A stretch of 64,000 nt of DNA, taken from Opitutales bacterium (GTDB lineage Bacteria > Verrucomicrobiota > Verrucomicrobiia > Opitutales > UBA2987). Position 1 is the stretch's first letter. Every line of letters begins with the position of its first letter. The notes beneath the pieces are model-generated. The model had not been told where the DNA came from. It saw nothing but the letters and a program-made list of their open reading frames with translations, and made no database searches. The position numbers were made by a program, and so were the translations under genes. Positions 30,271 through 40,467 of this stretch are shown here, piece by piece. The stretch lies in contig CBDDEL010000016.1 of assembly GCA_965226885.1 (NCBI GenBank), forward strand, positions 480,001 through 544,000, read 5' to 3'.

Positions 30271-30855
30271 TCAGTTGGCCGTCCGTGTTACCGCGTAATT
30301 ATAAAGGGTGATAAAATTATTTGCTGACACATCAGGGCTGATGGCGACCGGTGTTCCCGGCTCGACCATGGTTTCGGCGTAAACCCAGGCTTCCAGGGCA
30401 AGATACCCTTTCGGGTAGTCGCCGGGATTGGAAGGGAGGAGTCCGGTGATTCTATTTTCTTCGAGCCCGCGAAAGGACAAGGGCGAATTTTTCAGAATAA
30501 TTTTTATAACCGGCCCGGTGGACCGCGACAGTTCGTCCTGCAATCCTGCGTAAGCGGACTCCCGCAGGGTCGATTCCCTGCCCCCCGGGTTGTCGTCCGG
30601 TTGATACGTATAAAAAAACAAAACTTTTTGGGAATCCTCCGCCACCCAGGAATATACGGTGTTGAAGTCTTTATCCCGTAAAAAGGCGTCCAGCCTTCCG
30701 GCCAGCGCCTCGGTCTGGTCATGAGTCTGAATTTCGGTCAGTTGCCGGGCCGAACGAGCCAGAAATGACATCAGCACAACCAAAGTCAGGGAAATGACAC
30801 CGACGGACAAGACGACTTCGAGAAGCATAAAGGCGTTTTTACGGGGTAGAAGCAT
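30271..30855 (-). CDS. Prepilin-type N-terminal protein (GspI/PilV-like)
   Basis: NAFMLLEVVLSVGVI N-methylation-type motif; overlaps its neighbours. Confidence 0.8.
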   Translation of the reverse strand: MLLPRKNAFMLLEVVLSVGVISLTLVVLMSFLARSARQLTEIQTHDQTEALAGRLDAFLRDKDFNTVYSWVAEDSQKVLFFYTYQPDDNPGGRESTLRESAYAGLQDELSRSTGPVIKIILKNSPLSFRGLEENRITGLLPSNPGDYPKGYLALEAWVYAETMVEPGTPVAISPDVSANNFITLYNYAVTRTAN

Positions 30856-31483
30856 TGGGAATGCCTGTGAAAAGGGATATGCTGCCCGTTTTGTGGATGA
30901 CTAATCCGCGGGATTTTTGATTATAATCTTCAATTTTCTCAGGGCCGGAATCCTCCTCGGGTCGTTGGGTGGAAAAAACGATCCTGCTCCCGGCGGTGTT
31001 GGTGGCCGCTGTTCCATTGCTGTCGATTTGATAATAATACCATTGCTCCCCCACCCCGGCAACGGCCTGTGTTTTGGGAAATGATATTCGCATGGTGTTT
31101 AGTGGGCTGCTCATGGATTCCAGAAAATAGACGCCGGAGGGTAAGAACACACCGTCCCGCGGAGCTATCCAATCATCTCCATCGGGATTTATTGGGTTTT
31201 TGTAGATGAAACCGAGGTAGCGGAGCTTTTTTTCTGGATTGGAATCGTCTTTGTGAATGAGGAGGCGGGCTTCGGTATTTTTCAGGATGGCCTGGAGCCG
31301 GGCCGAACCGAGAAGAGAAATTGCGGTTCTTTGACTAGTTTGCAAGGACAGCCCTTGCCCGTTTTTACCCGGCCACAGGGCCAACCCTAGGGCTCCTCCC
31401 AGCAATGCCATCAGCCCGATCACGACGAGAATTTCAAAGAGAGTGAAGGCCGAGGCCCGTTTTCGTTTTGCAGAGAAATTCAT
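30839..31483 (-). CDS. Prepilin-type N-terminal protein (GspH/FimT-like)
   Basis: AFTLFEILVVIGLM followed by ARLQAI. Confidence 0.82.
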   Translation of the reverse strand: MNFSAKRKRASAFTLFEILVVIGLMALLGGALGLALWPGKNGQGLSLQTSQRTAISLLGSARLQAILKNTEARLLIHKDDSNPEKKLRYLGFIYKNPINPDGDDWIAPRDGVFLPSGVYFLESMSSPLNTMRISFPKTQAVAGVGEQWYYYQIDSNGTAATNTAGSRIVFSTQRPEEDSGPEKIEDYNQKSRGLVIHKTGSISLFTGIPNASTP

Positions 31484-31496
31484 GCCTTAGCGCTTC

Positions 31497-32156
31497 TCAG
31501 TCCCAACTGGCGATGGTTTTCCATTCCTCGCACCCGCTGCCGCTTTTTAACGAATAAATGGCCACGGCTCCATGAAGGTCTTCACTTCCGGACGGCAGAT
31601 TTTTCTTTTCAATGACTCCATTGCCGTCCCCGTCGAAAACGAGGTAAATGTTGGGATTGCCGAAAGCGTCCACGAGATCGCCCTTTTGCACGGTTTCTCC
31701 GCAAATGGTGAGCGTGTCGGAGGCTAACTCGGATTCGTTGAATCGATAAAAGGGAATGCTTTGTTTATTGGCGGCTTGGGCGTAGGCATTATCGGATGGA
31801 CTGCCGTCGATTTTTCTTCCCGAAAGCGTCTCCATAAAAACTTCGGTGACGTCGCTCAGGGGAATTAACGGATCGGCGTCGGTGGAAGTGAGGCCGAAAT
31901 TCGGATAAAATCCGTATTCGATTTTGAATTGTTGGAGGGCCATGGCGTATTGGCTGAATTGGGCCCTGGATTTTGCCGTCAGCACAGCTTTGCGAACCGA
32001 GATGGCAACTGGAAAAAGAATTCCTGCCAAGACAGCGATTATGGCGATTACCGAGAGCAGTTCGACCAGGGAGAACGCTCCTCGTCCCCAACGGAGGCAT
32101 GTATCGTTTCGGCAGGGATTAAGGCGTGGATAGCAGGTTGTCGGCGGTGGATTCAT
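31497..32156 (-). CDS. Prepilin-type N-terminal protein (GspG-like pseudopilin)
   Basis: GAFSLVELLSVIAIIAVLAGILFP, EYGFYP and DAFGN. Start uncertain. Confidence 0.82.
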   Translation of the reverse strand: MNPPPTTCYPRLNPCRNDTCLRWGRGAFSLVELLSVIAIIAVLAGILFPVAISVRKAVLTAKSRAQFSQYAMALQQFKIEYGFYPNFGLTSTDADPLIPLSDVTEVFMETLSGRKIDGSPSDNAYAQAANKQSIPFYRFNESELASDTLTICGETVQKGDLVDAFGNPNIYLVFDGDGNGVIEKKNLPSGSEDLHGAVAIYSLKSGSGCEEWKTIASWD

Positions 32157-32796
32157 TTTCAAAATAGTCTGCGGCGAAAATGCCGTTCGCGGGCAAGGCC
32201 GGACCGAGTGCGCCATCCGGCCCGATGGACATCAGGATGTATCCGGGCCGCTGCCAATCCTGGGGCGAGGGATTTTCGCCGATTGTTTTGTATTGGTAAA
32301 TATAAGGAGCGCCCCAGGGATCGATGAGGTAATTTTCTGCAAAACCCTGGTCCAGAGACAGCAATGGGCGGTTGCCAGAGGGGATCGGCTGGTGAGCCGT
32401 TTGAAACTGTGAAATTTCGATAAAATGCCTTCCCTTGGCGCTGGTCAACGGATCGCTACCGGCCAGGAACCGGCCGCTGTTATCCGCATTAGGCTGAAAT
32501 CCGGCGGTCGGGCCGCGATTGCCGATGAGGGCGGCATAGAGTTCGCGGGAGCCGTCGCTCCCGGCGTCGGCATAAATCCAGGGATAATCGCCATAATAGG
32601 CTTTATAAGATTCCAGGGCCTGCGTTAGAAGGACCAATTGGCCCACCGCTTTGTCGCGGGCGGATCTTCTCTGCAAACCCTCTGAAATACCAATTGCCAG
32701 CCCTGCCAGAATAAGGAGAAACCCCATCACCAAGAGTAATTCAAAAAGGGTAAAAGCGGACTTATTTTCCGGGCGCGGGTCGCACATTGCGGACAT
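32119..32796 (-). CDS. Prepilin-type N-terminal protein (GspG-like pseudopilin)
   Basis: AFTLFELLLV, ALESYKAYYGDYP, DPWGAPY and SIGPDG. Confidence 0.85.
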   Translation of the reverse strand: MSAMCDPRPENKSAFTLFELLLVMGFLLILAGLAIGISEGLQRRSARDKAVGQLVLLTQALESYKAYYGDYPWIYADAGSDGSRELYAALIGNRGPTAGFQPNADNSGRFLAGSDPLTSAKGRHFIEISQFQTAHQPIPSGNRPLLSLDQGFAENYLIDPWGAPYIYQYKTIGENPSPQDWQRPGYILMSIGPDGALGPALPANGIFAADYFENESTADNLLSTP

Positions 32797-33069
32797 TCGG
32801 CCATTATTGAAAGACGGAATAACCGTGTCAACTGACGAAACGGTGAGATGGGGATTTCAGGAATCAATAATCCCCGAAAACCAAGTGTGCCCTACTGTTT
32901 TCTAAAACCACGGATGAGCACGGATAATGAAAAATAGATTCATATAACCGCCCCAGGAACTCTTTTCAAAATGGATCCATGGGCGTTGCCTAACGGCAAA
33001 TTATGACACGTAAAGATGTGGTGTATTGACGTTTGAAAATAAAAAACCGCCGAAGTTCTCTAGGATCGG

Positions 33070-33723
33070 TTAGATTTCGTCTCCCCAAATGGCTTTAATC
33101 TTCTGCTTGCCGAGCATCTGCTCCGGCGTATAGCCGCCTCGCATGTGACGCGGGCCCGGATACCCGACCACTTTCCAGCCAATGTAATCGCGGTTGCCGC
33201 CGTACTTCGGATCGGCAAGGAAGGCGATAATTGTGTGTGTGCGGAGCGTCCCGAAAAACTCCTCCGGTTTGACATCGCCATCGGGCCAGCCGTTGGCCTC
33301 ACCCAATTCGAGGGCGATGAGCACCGCGTCCTGCTGATCGGGCGTGAGCTCGATAAAGGCAGTGCCATAGCGTTCTCGGGACACCGCATCCAGGCCCGGC
33401 AGACCCTTCTCATAGATCGATCGCAGCTCAGCGTCTTCATGCGCGAGCGCTTTGTCGATGAAGTTCACACAGTTCGCTTCGATAGCGCCCGGCTCGTGAT
33501 CGGCAGGGATGATGCGGCCGGTGATCGCCTCCACCGTCCTCCACTCGAAGTTGCTCAACACCTCCGGCTCACTGGATTCCTGCGCAGCACTCAAAGCGAG
33601 CGGCCGCGGCATATTCCAGAGCACCCAGAAGGCACCTCCGTAGAGGGCGCTCTGGGCTACGAACTCGCGGCGAGAGACCCGCCGCGGTTTCAATGTCTTT
33701 TTCCTGGATTGGCGTGTTGTCAT
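33070..33723 (-). CDS. Gluconate 2-dehydrogenase subunit 3 family protein (Tat-exported)
   Basis: SRREFV Tat motif, PGA..A...FID, ADPKYGGNR and GW..VGYPG. Confidence 0.88.
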   Translation of the reverse strand: MTTRQSRKKTLKPRRVSRREFVAQSALYGGAFWVLWNMPRPLALSAAQESSEPEVLSNFEWRTVEAITGRIIPADHEPGAIEANCVNFIDKALAHEDAELRSIYEKGLPGLDAVSRERYGTAFIELTPDQQDAVLIALELGEANGWPDGDVKPEEFFGTLRTHTIIAFLADPKYGGNRDYIGWKVVGYPGPRHMRGGYTPEQMLGKQKIKAIWGDEI

Positions 33724-34877
33724 AAGTTACCTTTACTCCCCTCGGTCACGAAATAGTCCCCAACCCTATAGGCGTTTGCAAGGATCGTTAGCGTTGGGTT
33801 GTAGCCGCCCGAGGTCGGGAAGCAACTTCCGTCCACTACCCAGAGATTCTTCACGTCGTGACTGCGACACCCACGATTAAGGACCGAACGCTTGGGATCA
33901 GTACCTATTCGGCACGTCCCGTGTAGGTGCGAGCTACCCTTCATCGGCTGACCCTGGGTGAGCGGGAAAGGGATCCACTTCTCGACGGCACCAGCCGCAT
34001 CTGCGAACTCCGACATTCGCTCAGCATACCAGGCGCTCATGGCAAGGTCGTTGGGATGCTGGTGATGAGTGATGCGCGGTACCGGAAGTCCCCATGCGTC
34101 CTTTACCTCGGGATCGAGATCCATACGGTTTTCCTCCATCGGAAGGTCTTCGAGGACGCCGTGCAAGCTCACGGTTCGCGGAAAAGTGCGTAGGAAGTCT
34201 TTGTATTCCTGCCCCCACGTCCGGTGGAGGCCAGGATACGACTGCTGAAACAGCGCGTACATCAGCGGCTGCCTTGCTGGGATGTTCGCTTCGACGACAA
34301 CGCCGCCTCGGATGAATCCGCGCTTCGGGTCACTAGCATGCAAGTCATCGAAGGCGGCATGGGTTTCGAGCCCTGTGAACCCATGTGCCAACTCGTCTAT
34401 AGTGAAGGCCACGATCGGAAAGAGGTGATAGGTCAGGTTGCGGCCAACGAGATCGTTTGAATTCGCGAGGCCGTCGGGAAAAGAGCTGGATGTCGACATG
34501 AGCAATAGGTGTGGCGTACCGACTGCGTTACCACATACGATGATGTGCCGAGCGAACACTTCACGCTCCTCTCTGAAAATCTGGTCGATATAGCGTACAC
34601 TCCGGGCGCGGCCGTCTCTTCCTAGCGTGATCTCGAAGGCCAATGCGCTAGGCCGCAGGTCGAGGCGGCCTGTAGCTAGAGGCTGTCCCAAAAGGGTGAT
34701 TTTTGCGAGGGCTTTTGATAGGCGCTCATTTTAGAGGTATTTGCATTTGGGAGAGTATCAACTTTGCTCTCCTATGACGTTAGGATACTGGTTTTGGGGT
34801 CCGGTTGCCTGGTTTTCTTTGTATGAGCCGACAGTAAGGCTGTGAAAAAGTATTGTCCTTGCTTTTCCGCACTCTAG

Positions 34878-36464
34878 CCCGGATATTTCATGAAGGGTAA
34901 AGTTTGGCTCGTAAGGGTAAAGTTTGGCTCGTTATTGCTATTGGAGATGGATTTCTTTGTATTTTGGGCGGATCGTCTTGATTTTGAGGTGTTTTTCAGG
35001 GTGTAGAGACACTTCCCCCTTTCCCCCATTGGTTCGGTAGCGCCGGGGGCAGCGCCAATGCGCCCTTTAGGTTGGCACCAACCGGCGGGCCGCATGGTTG
35101 AAAAGACTGGCCCATGGATAACTTTCACTTAGATGAAAGTGAATCGTTCGGGTGTTGCGCACGATTACCGCTCCGATCTTGATTAATTTTAGCCGTAGAC
35201 TGTGGCATTGGAGCCGCGCCCACTTCGTCCCTTTTAATGCGAACCGGCGCAAGGCTTCCATCAAGGTGTAGGCCAGCCCCGACAAGAGCAATCGCCACTG
35301 GTTGGCCCACCATTTATGCGCGCTGGTGCGTTCGCTGAACAATTGCATCTGTTCCTTGATCCGGTTCTCCATCTCACCGCGGCCACAGTATACTTTGTCG
35401 TAAAGCTCTTGGGGATCGCCCTGCAGGTTCGTCACCACGAAGCGCGGGTTGGACCCCTGTGCGGTGTGTTCGGCTTTGTGGATGATAAGGCGTTGGCGCC
35501 GCCACGATTTTGCCCCATACTCGAAGTGCTGAAACAGCCGTTGCTTTTTGCCGCTACCCTCGAACCATTGTTTGGCTTGCTCCTGCAACTGCCGGGCCGC
35601 TTGCTGCAAGCGTGCATGGCGGGCCGTTCCCACTATAAAATAAACCTCGTTGCGCTCGCACCACGAGAGAATCCGATCCCGGCAGAATCCGCTGTCGGCA
35701 CGCCAAATAATCCGCGTATGGGGCCAGCTTTGGCGAATCCGTTTAACCAGCAATTTGAGGATGGCCCCGGCATGCTTGCTCGCATCGATCTTGCTGGGCC
35801 GCAGGTAGGCCACCAGAAGCTGATCGCCGCAAAAAACATACAGCGGCAAAAAACAGTAATGATCATAATAACCGTGGAAAAAACGTCCCTCCTGGAGCCC
35901 GTGCACCGGATTGTCGGTGGCGTCAAAGTCCAGGATGATCTCTTCGGGTTCCTCGGCAAAGGATCCCATGAACTGTTCGACCAGCAACTCGTTCAGGGCA
36001 AAGGCTGCCCGCCGATCCTGCCCGTTTTCAAAACGACACAAAGTCGGCGCGCTGGCCAACGCTTCAGTGCGCCCCGTTACCGTTTGCAACAAAGGATCGC
36101 GGCGCAGGGTGTCAAAGTCGTTCAAATCCTCATAGCCCGCCACCAGCCCGTAAACGCGCTGCCGGATCATGGCCAGCATCTCATGGCGCACTTTGCCCTT
36201 CTGCCGTTTGTCTACTAATTGCCGGGCCGCTTGCTCGGTCAAGCCCAACTGCCGATCCACTTCCCGGATCAAAAGCAGCCCGGCATCCGAAGTAACCTCA
36301 CCGCCCTTAAAATCAACCCGCACACGGCGGCCTTTTACCCTTGTCAACTGTAGTTCTAATTGTTTACTTTTTGTCATCGCTGATATTGCTTTAATGTTTA
36401 ATCTATCCTGCTGTATATCAGCAGATAAGCATATCAGCGATACTTTTTTTATGAAATTTCCGGG
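34878..36464 (-). mobile_element. IS1380-family element variant B, intact transposase 35067-36377
   Basis: TIRs CCCGGA(T/A)ATTTCAT, CTAG on both flanks, TSDAGLLL, LDFDATD, RADSGF and RGEMENRIKE. Carries a private 20-bp duplication at 34893-34932. Confidence 0.96.
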
Positions 36465-37773
36465 CTAGCGCCGCCGCTTTGGTTTTTAGTTCGTCTTGCT
36501 GGGCCAGCATCTTGGCTACTTTCCATAGGTTGTGCGAGAGTACCGACCAGGCTACGCTGATCGAGCGGTTGGCAAAGCCTTTGCTGCGCAACCGCCCGGC
36601 CTGCCAGCGATTCTTCAATACCCCGATCCGCCCTTCGGTGCTGGCCCGGCGCTTTTGCAATTGTCTGAACAGTGGTTCCTCCATCCGTTTTTTCAACTGC
36701 TTCGGATCGCGTGGACAGAGCGCGTCGTAGATTCCCTCCTGGGCTAACTGCCGGCGGGCCCGCTGGGAGGCAAATCCCCGGTCCGCGCACATGGCCGCTA
36801 TGGGTTCTTCCAGGTTGAAGCGGTTCTGTCTTTGCAGACTCTCTTGCATTTGTTCATTTTCGCTTGGAGTTCGGCTGCCGTAGAGTTTCCAGTCCAGCAG
36901 GTACCCTTCAACGCTTTCTCCCAAAAACAGGGTGTTGCCGAACTCGACCTCTTGGCCCGCTTTACCTCGCACAATCACCTGCACATCGAGTTCGTAAACA
37001 CTCAAGACTTTCTCTGCGTTTTTCACCTGGCGGCCGCCAATGATCCGCTCGTGCGCCTGTTTGATGACCACCGGGATTTGCTCGCTCATGCGCTCCATCC
37101 GGGCGAGGATCTGTTGGACCTGTTTTTCGCTGTAATCGCTTTGCTCCCAGCAGGCTTGCAATAATTCCCGGTGACTGCGGGCATGCTCCCCGATCCGTTT
37201 GAGCAGCTTTTTCATCTGCCTCAAGATACCCTTGCGCTGCCGCGCGCTGTCCTTTCGCCGCCGGCTGTGGGTCATCTGTATGCACAGCCGATTCATCTGC
37301 CGAGCCAAGGGCTCCGGTTCGATCGGCATGCGATGGCGCAAACCGGCCTTCTCGCGGATCAGCCGGATCGCTTTGAGCAACGTGCCGGCTACATCCTTGA
37401 GTAATACCCAGTCCGTCGGCCAATGAATGTTAGCCTCCAAACAGGTGCCGTCGATCAGGCAAATGGTGGTGTCAATCGGCTTGTCCAATCCCACCTGCCG
37501 GGCCAGAAGGGCATCGCCCACCACCTCAGTCAAGGTCCGGTGCAAGGCCCTCAACTGCTCTTCGCTGAAAAACTTCGAGGCCCGCTCCAGGGTGCTTTTG
37601 GAGATGCCCCTGATGCCATCGATCTGCCGGACACGGCAAAAGTCGGCCAACAGATCGCTGCTGCCCAGAGCCCGCGACAAATGCCGAAACGAAATCCCTC
37701 CGAGCAGACGGCCCAGCGTATCCATGCGCAGTGCCTTGATGGCAAAACTGGCCCGCTGCCGCCGGGCCTTTAA

Positions 37774-39340
37774 CCCGGATATTTCATGAAGGGTAAAGTT
37801 TGGCTCGTTATTGCTATTGGAGATGGATTTCTTTGTATTTTGAGCAGATCGTCTTGATTTTTAGGTGTTTTTCAGGGTGTAGAGACACTGCCCCCTTTCC
37901 CCCATTGGTTCGGTAGTGCCGGGGGCAGCACCAATGCACCCTTTAGGTTGGCACCAATCGGCGGGCCGCATGGTTGAAAAGACTGGCCCAAGGACAACCC
38001 TCACTTAGGTGAAAGTGAATCGTTCGGGTGTTGCGCACGATGACCGCTCCGATCTTGATTAATTTGAGCCGCAGGGTGTGGCATTGGGCCCGCGCCCACT
38101 TCGTCCCTTTTAAGGCTAACCGGCGCATGGCTTCCATCAAGGTGTAGGCCAGCGCCGACAAGAGCAATCGCCACTGATTGGCCCACCATTGATGGGCGCT
38201 GGTGCGCTCGCTGAACAATTGCATCTGTTCCTTGATTCGGTTCTCCATTTCACCGCGGCCACAGTATACCTTGTCGTAAAGCTCCTGGGGATCGCCCGGC
38301 AGGTTCGTCACCACGAAGCGCGGGTTGGACCCCTGTGCGGTGTGTTCGGCTTTATGGATGACCAACCGCAGCCATCGCCACGAATCGGCAGCATAGACGA
38401 AGTCCTGGAATAACCGTTGTTTTTTACCCCTTAGTTCGAACCATTCTTTGGCCTGCTTTTGCAACTGCTGGGCGTCTTGCTGCAAGCGTGCATTGCGAGC
38501 CATCCCCACGATGTAACTAACTTCGTTGCGGTCACACCAAGAGAGTATCCGGTCTCGACAAAATCCACTGTCGGCGCGCCAAATAATCCGCGTACGGGGC
38601 CAGCTTTGGCGAATCCGTTTAACCAGCAATTTGAGGATGGCCCCGGCATGCTTGCTGGCATCGATCTTGCTCGGCCGCAGGTAGGCCACCAGCAGCTGAT
38701 CACCGCAAAAAACATATAGCGGCAGAAAACAGTAATGATCATAATAACCGTGGAAAAAACGTCCCTCCTGGAGCCCGTGCACCGGATTGTCGGTGGCGTC
38801 AAAGTCCAGGATGATCTCTTCGGGTTCCTCGGCAAAAGAGCCCATGAACTGTTCGACCAACAGCTCGTTTACCGCAAAGGCCGCCCGCCGATCCTGCCCG
38901 TTTTCAAAACGACACAAAGTCGGCGCGCTGGCCAACGTTTCAATGCGCCCCGTTACCGTTTGCAACAATGGATCGTGGCGCAGGGTATCAAAGTCGTTCA
39001 AATCCTCATAGCCCGCCACCAGCCCGTAAACGCGCTGCCGCAGCATCCCCAATACCTCATGGCGTACTTTGCCCTTCTGCCGTTTGTCCACTAACTGTCG
39101 GGCCGCTCGTTCGGTCAAGCCCAACTGCCGATCCACTTCCCGGATCAAAAGCAGTCCGGCATCCGAAGTAACCTCTCCGCCCTTGAAATCAACCCGCACA
39201 CGGCGGCCTTTTACCCTTGTCAACTGTAGCTTTAATTGTTTACCTTTTGTCATCGCTGATATTGCTTTAATTATTGATCTATCCTGCTGTATATCAGCAG
39301 TTAAGCATATCAACGATACTTTTTTTACGAAATATCCGGG
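37774..39340 (-). mobile_element. IS1380-family element variant A, intact transposase 37943-39253
   Basis: 1567 bp with both TIRs. Flanks TTAA and TTAG. Confidence 0.96.
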
Positions 39341-40467
39341 TTAGACCCATTGGCTGCCACCCCTCCAAGGCCAGCTCAATGGCCTGCGATTCCACCTCCG
39401 AGTCGATCAGCAGCCGATCGATTCGATCAATGGTGGCGCGGAAGTTATCGTAATCGAGGCACCGGTCGACCACAGTTAAAGCTGGACGCAGGAGGCATTG
39501 GATGGCTATATTTTTCATAGAAAGGGCTATATTGATTTTCGCTAACTCAATTATAGAACCCTTTTTTGGCCGGATCGAGCAAAAACTTGCTCTTTCCGGC
39601 TCTTTTTATCAACGTCATCCAGTTGACTATCATCCAGTTGACTATAAAATCTTTATATTTTTGGGACAGCCTCTAGCTAGCGCTTTCGGGATCGAGATGG
39701 CAAACGTTGTGCCTTTGGCCCCAATCGGGCAGCCGTAGCTAGAGCAGGTGCCACCGTATATACATGCCGGGCGCCCCCCTTGTGGGCGCGAGTTTATGGC
39801 CATGGGAGTCGGGAAGGGGTGATAGCCGAGCTTCCTTGCGCCACGGGCAAAGCGGACGCTGCCGGTGCGGTCCGGATGCGGTGGGTTGGGATAGCCGCGC
39901 TTGCGGGGAGAGCCAAAGGGGTTTGCGGTCGCATCCCCCGACACCCCGAACTCCCACTCGGCCCGCTCGTAGTAGGGTTCGATCTCGTCATAATCGAAGG
40001 GCCAATCAGCCAGGCTCGCACCGGGAACGGGACCTTCCATGGAGAGCACTTTAAACTCATCGGGCCGAAAACGCCACGACCAAGTCGCCCAATGGAGCAT
40101 CGTCCCACCCACACAATAAGCCACCCTGTTGAAGCGACTCGTTTCAGTTGGGCTGTCCTCGTCGTAGCGCCAAGTTTCGACCTGGTCCGGCGAGAAGAGT
40201 TCGTCCCGTACGACCATGTGGAGTTCGTCGTCGCTGAACTGTGAGGGCTGGAGGAATGGGCCCCGCTGAAGAGCGACCACCCGAAACCCCGCCGCGGTTA
40301 GCTCCTGGATCATGACCCCACCGCCGGCTCCAGTGCCAATCACGCAAACGTCGAACTCATCTTTCTGGCCATATTGTTGAACCTTTTCTCTTGGCGCCCC
40401 TAACGTCTGAGCTCTGCTGCGTACCGGTAGCGTTCGAGGCCTTCAAGAACTTGATCGAAGGGACTAG

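Larger units (their letters stand above)
27036..30271 (-). pseudogene. Prepilin-type (GspJ/PilW-like) pseudopilin, disrupted by IS630::IS3 and a 7-bp duplication
   Basis: Removing the IS at its TA rejoins MPAQ..GAFTLVEVLL|ASVLMVVLAAIV (ATG 30271). Removing one TTCGATG (27273-27286) restores RTIEQSFLLGNIVSFKVRYY. The TAA at 27036 may itself be premature. Confidence 0.88.
34679..39673 (-). mobile_element. IS5/ISNCY-like DDE element (about 1.8 kb) carrying two IS1380 insertions
   Basis: TIR GAGGCTGTCCCAAAA at both ends and 6-bp TSD TAGCTA. Transposase pieces 39341-39518 and 36465-37773 with DGTCLEANIHWPTD, GKAGQEVEFG, ADRGF and RASTEGRIG. Family assignment tentative. Confidence 0.85.
33720..40372 (-). 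pseudogene. GMC-family oxidoreductase split by a nested IS block
   Basis: 5' half 39674-40372 (MARKDEFDVCVIGTGAGGG...CPIGAK..SIPKAL) and 3' half 33720-34678 (ATGRLDLR...HLHGTCR...NPTLT) rejoin in frame across the TAGCTA duplication. Confidence 0.92.
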
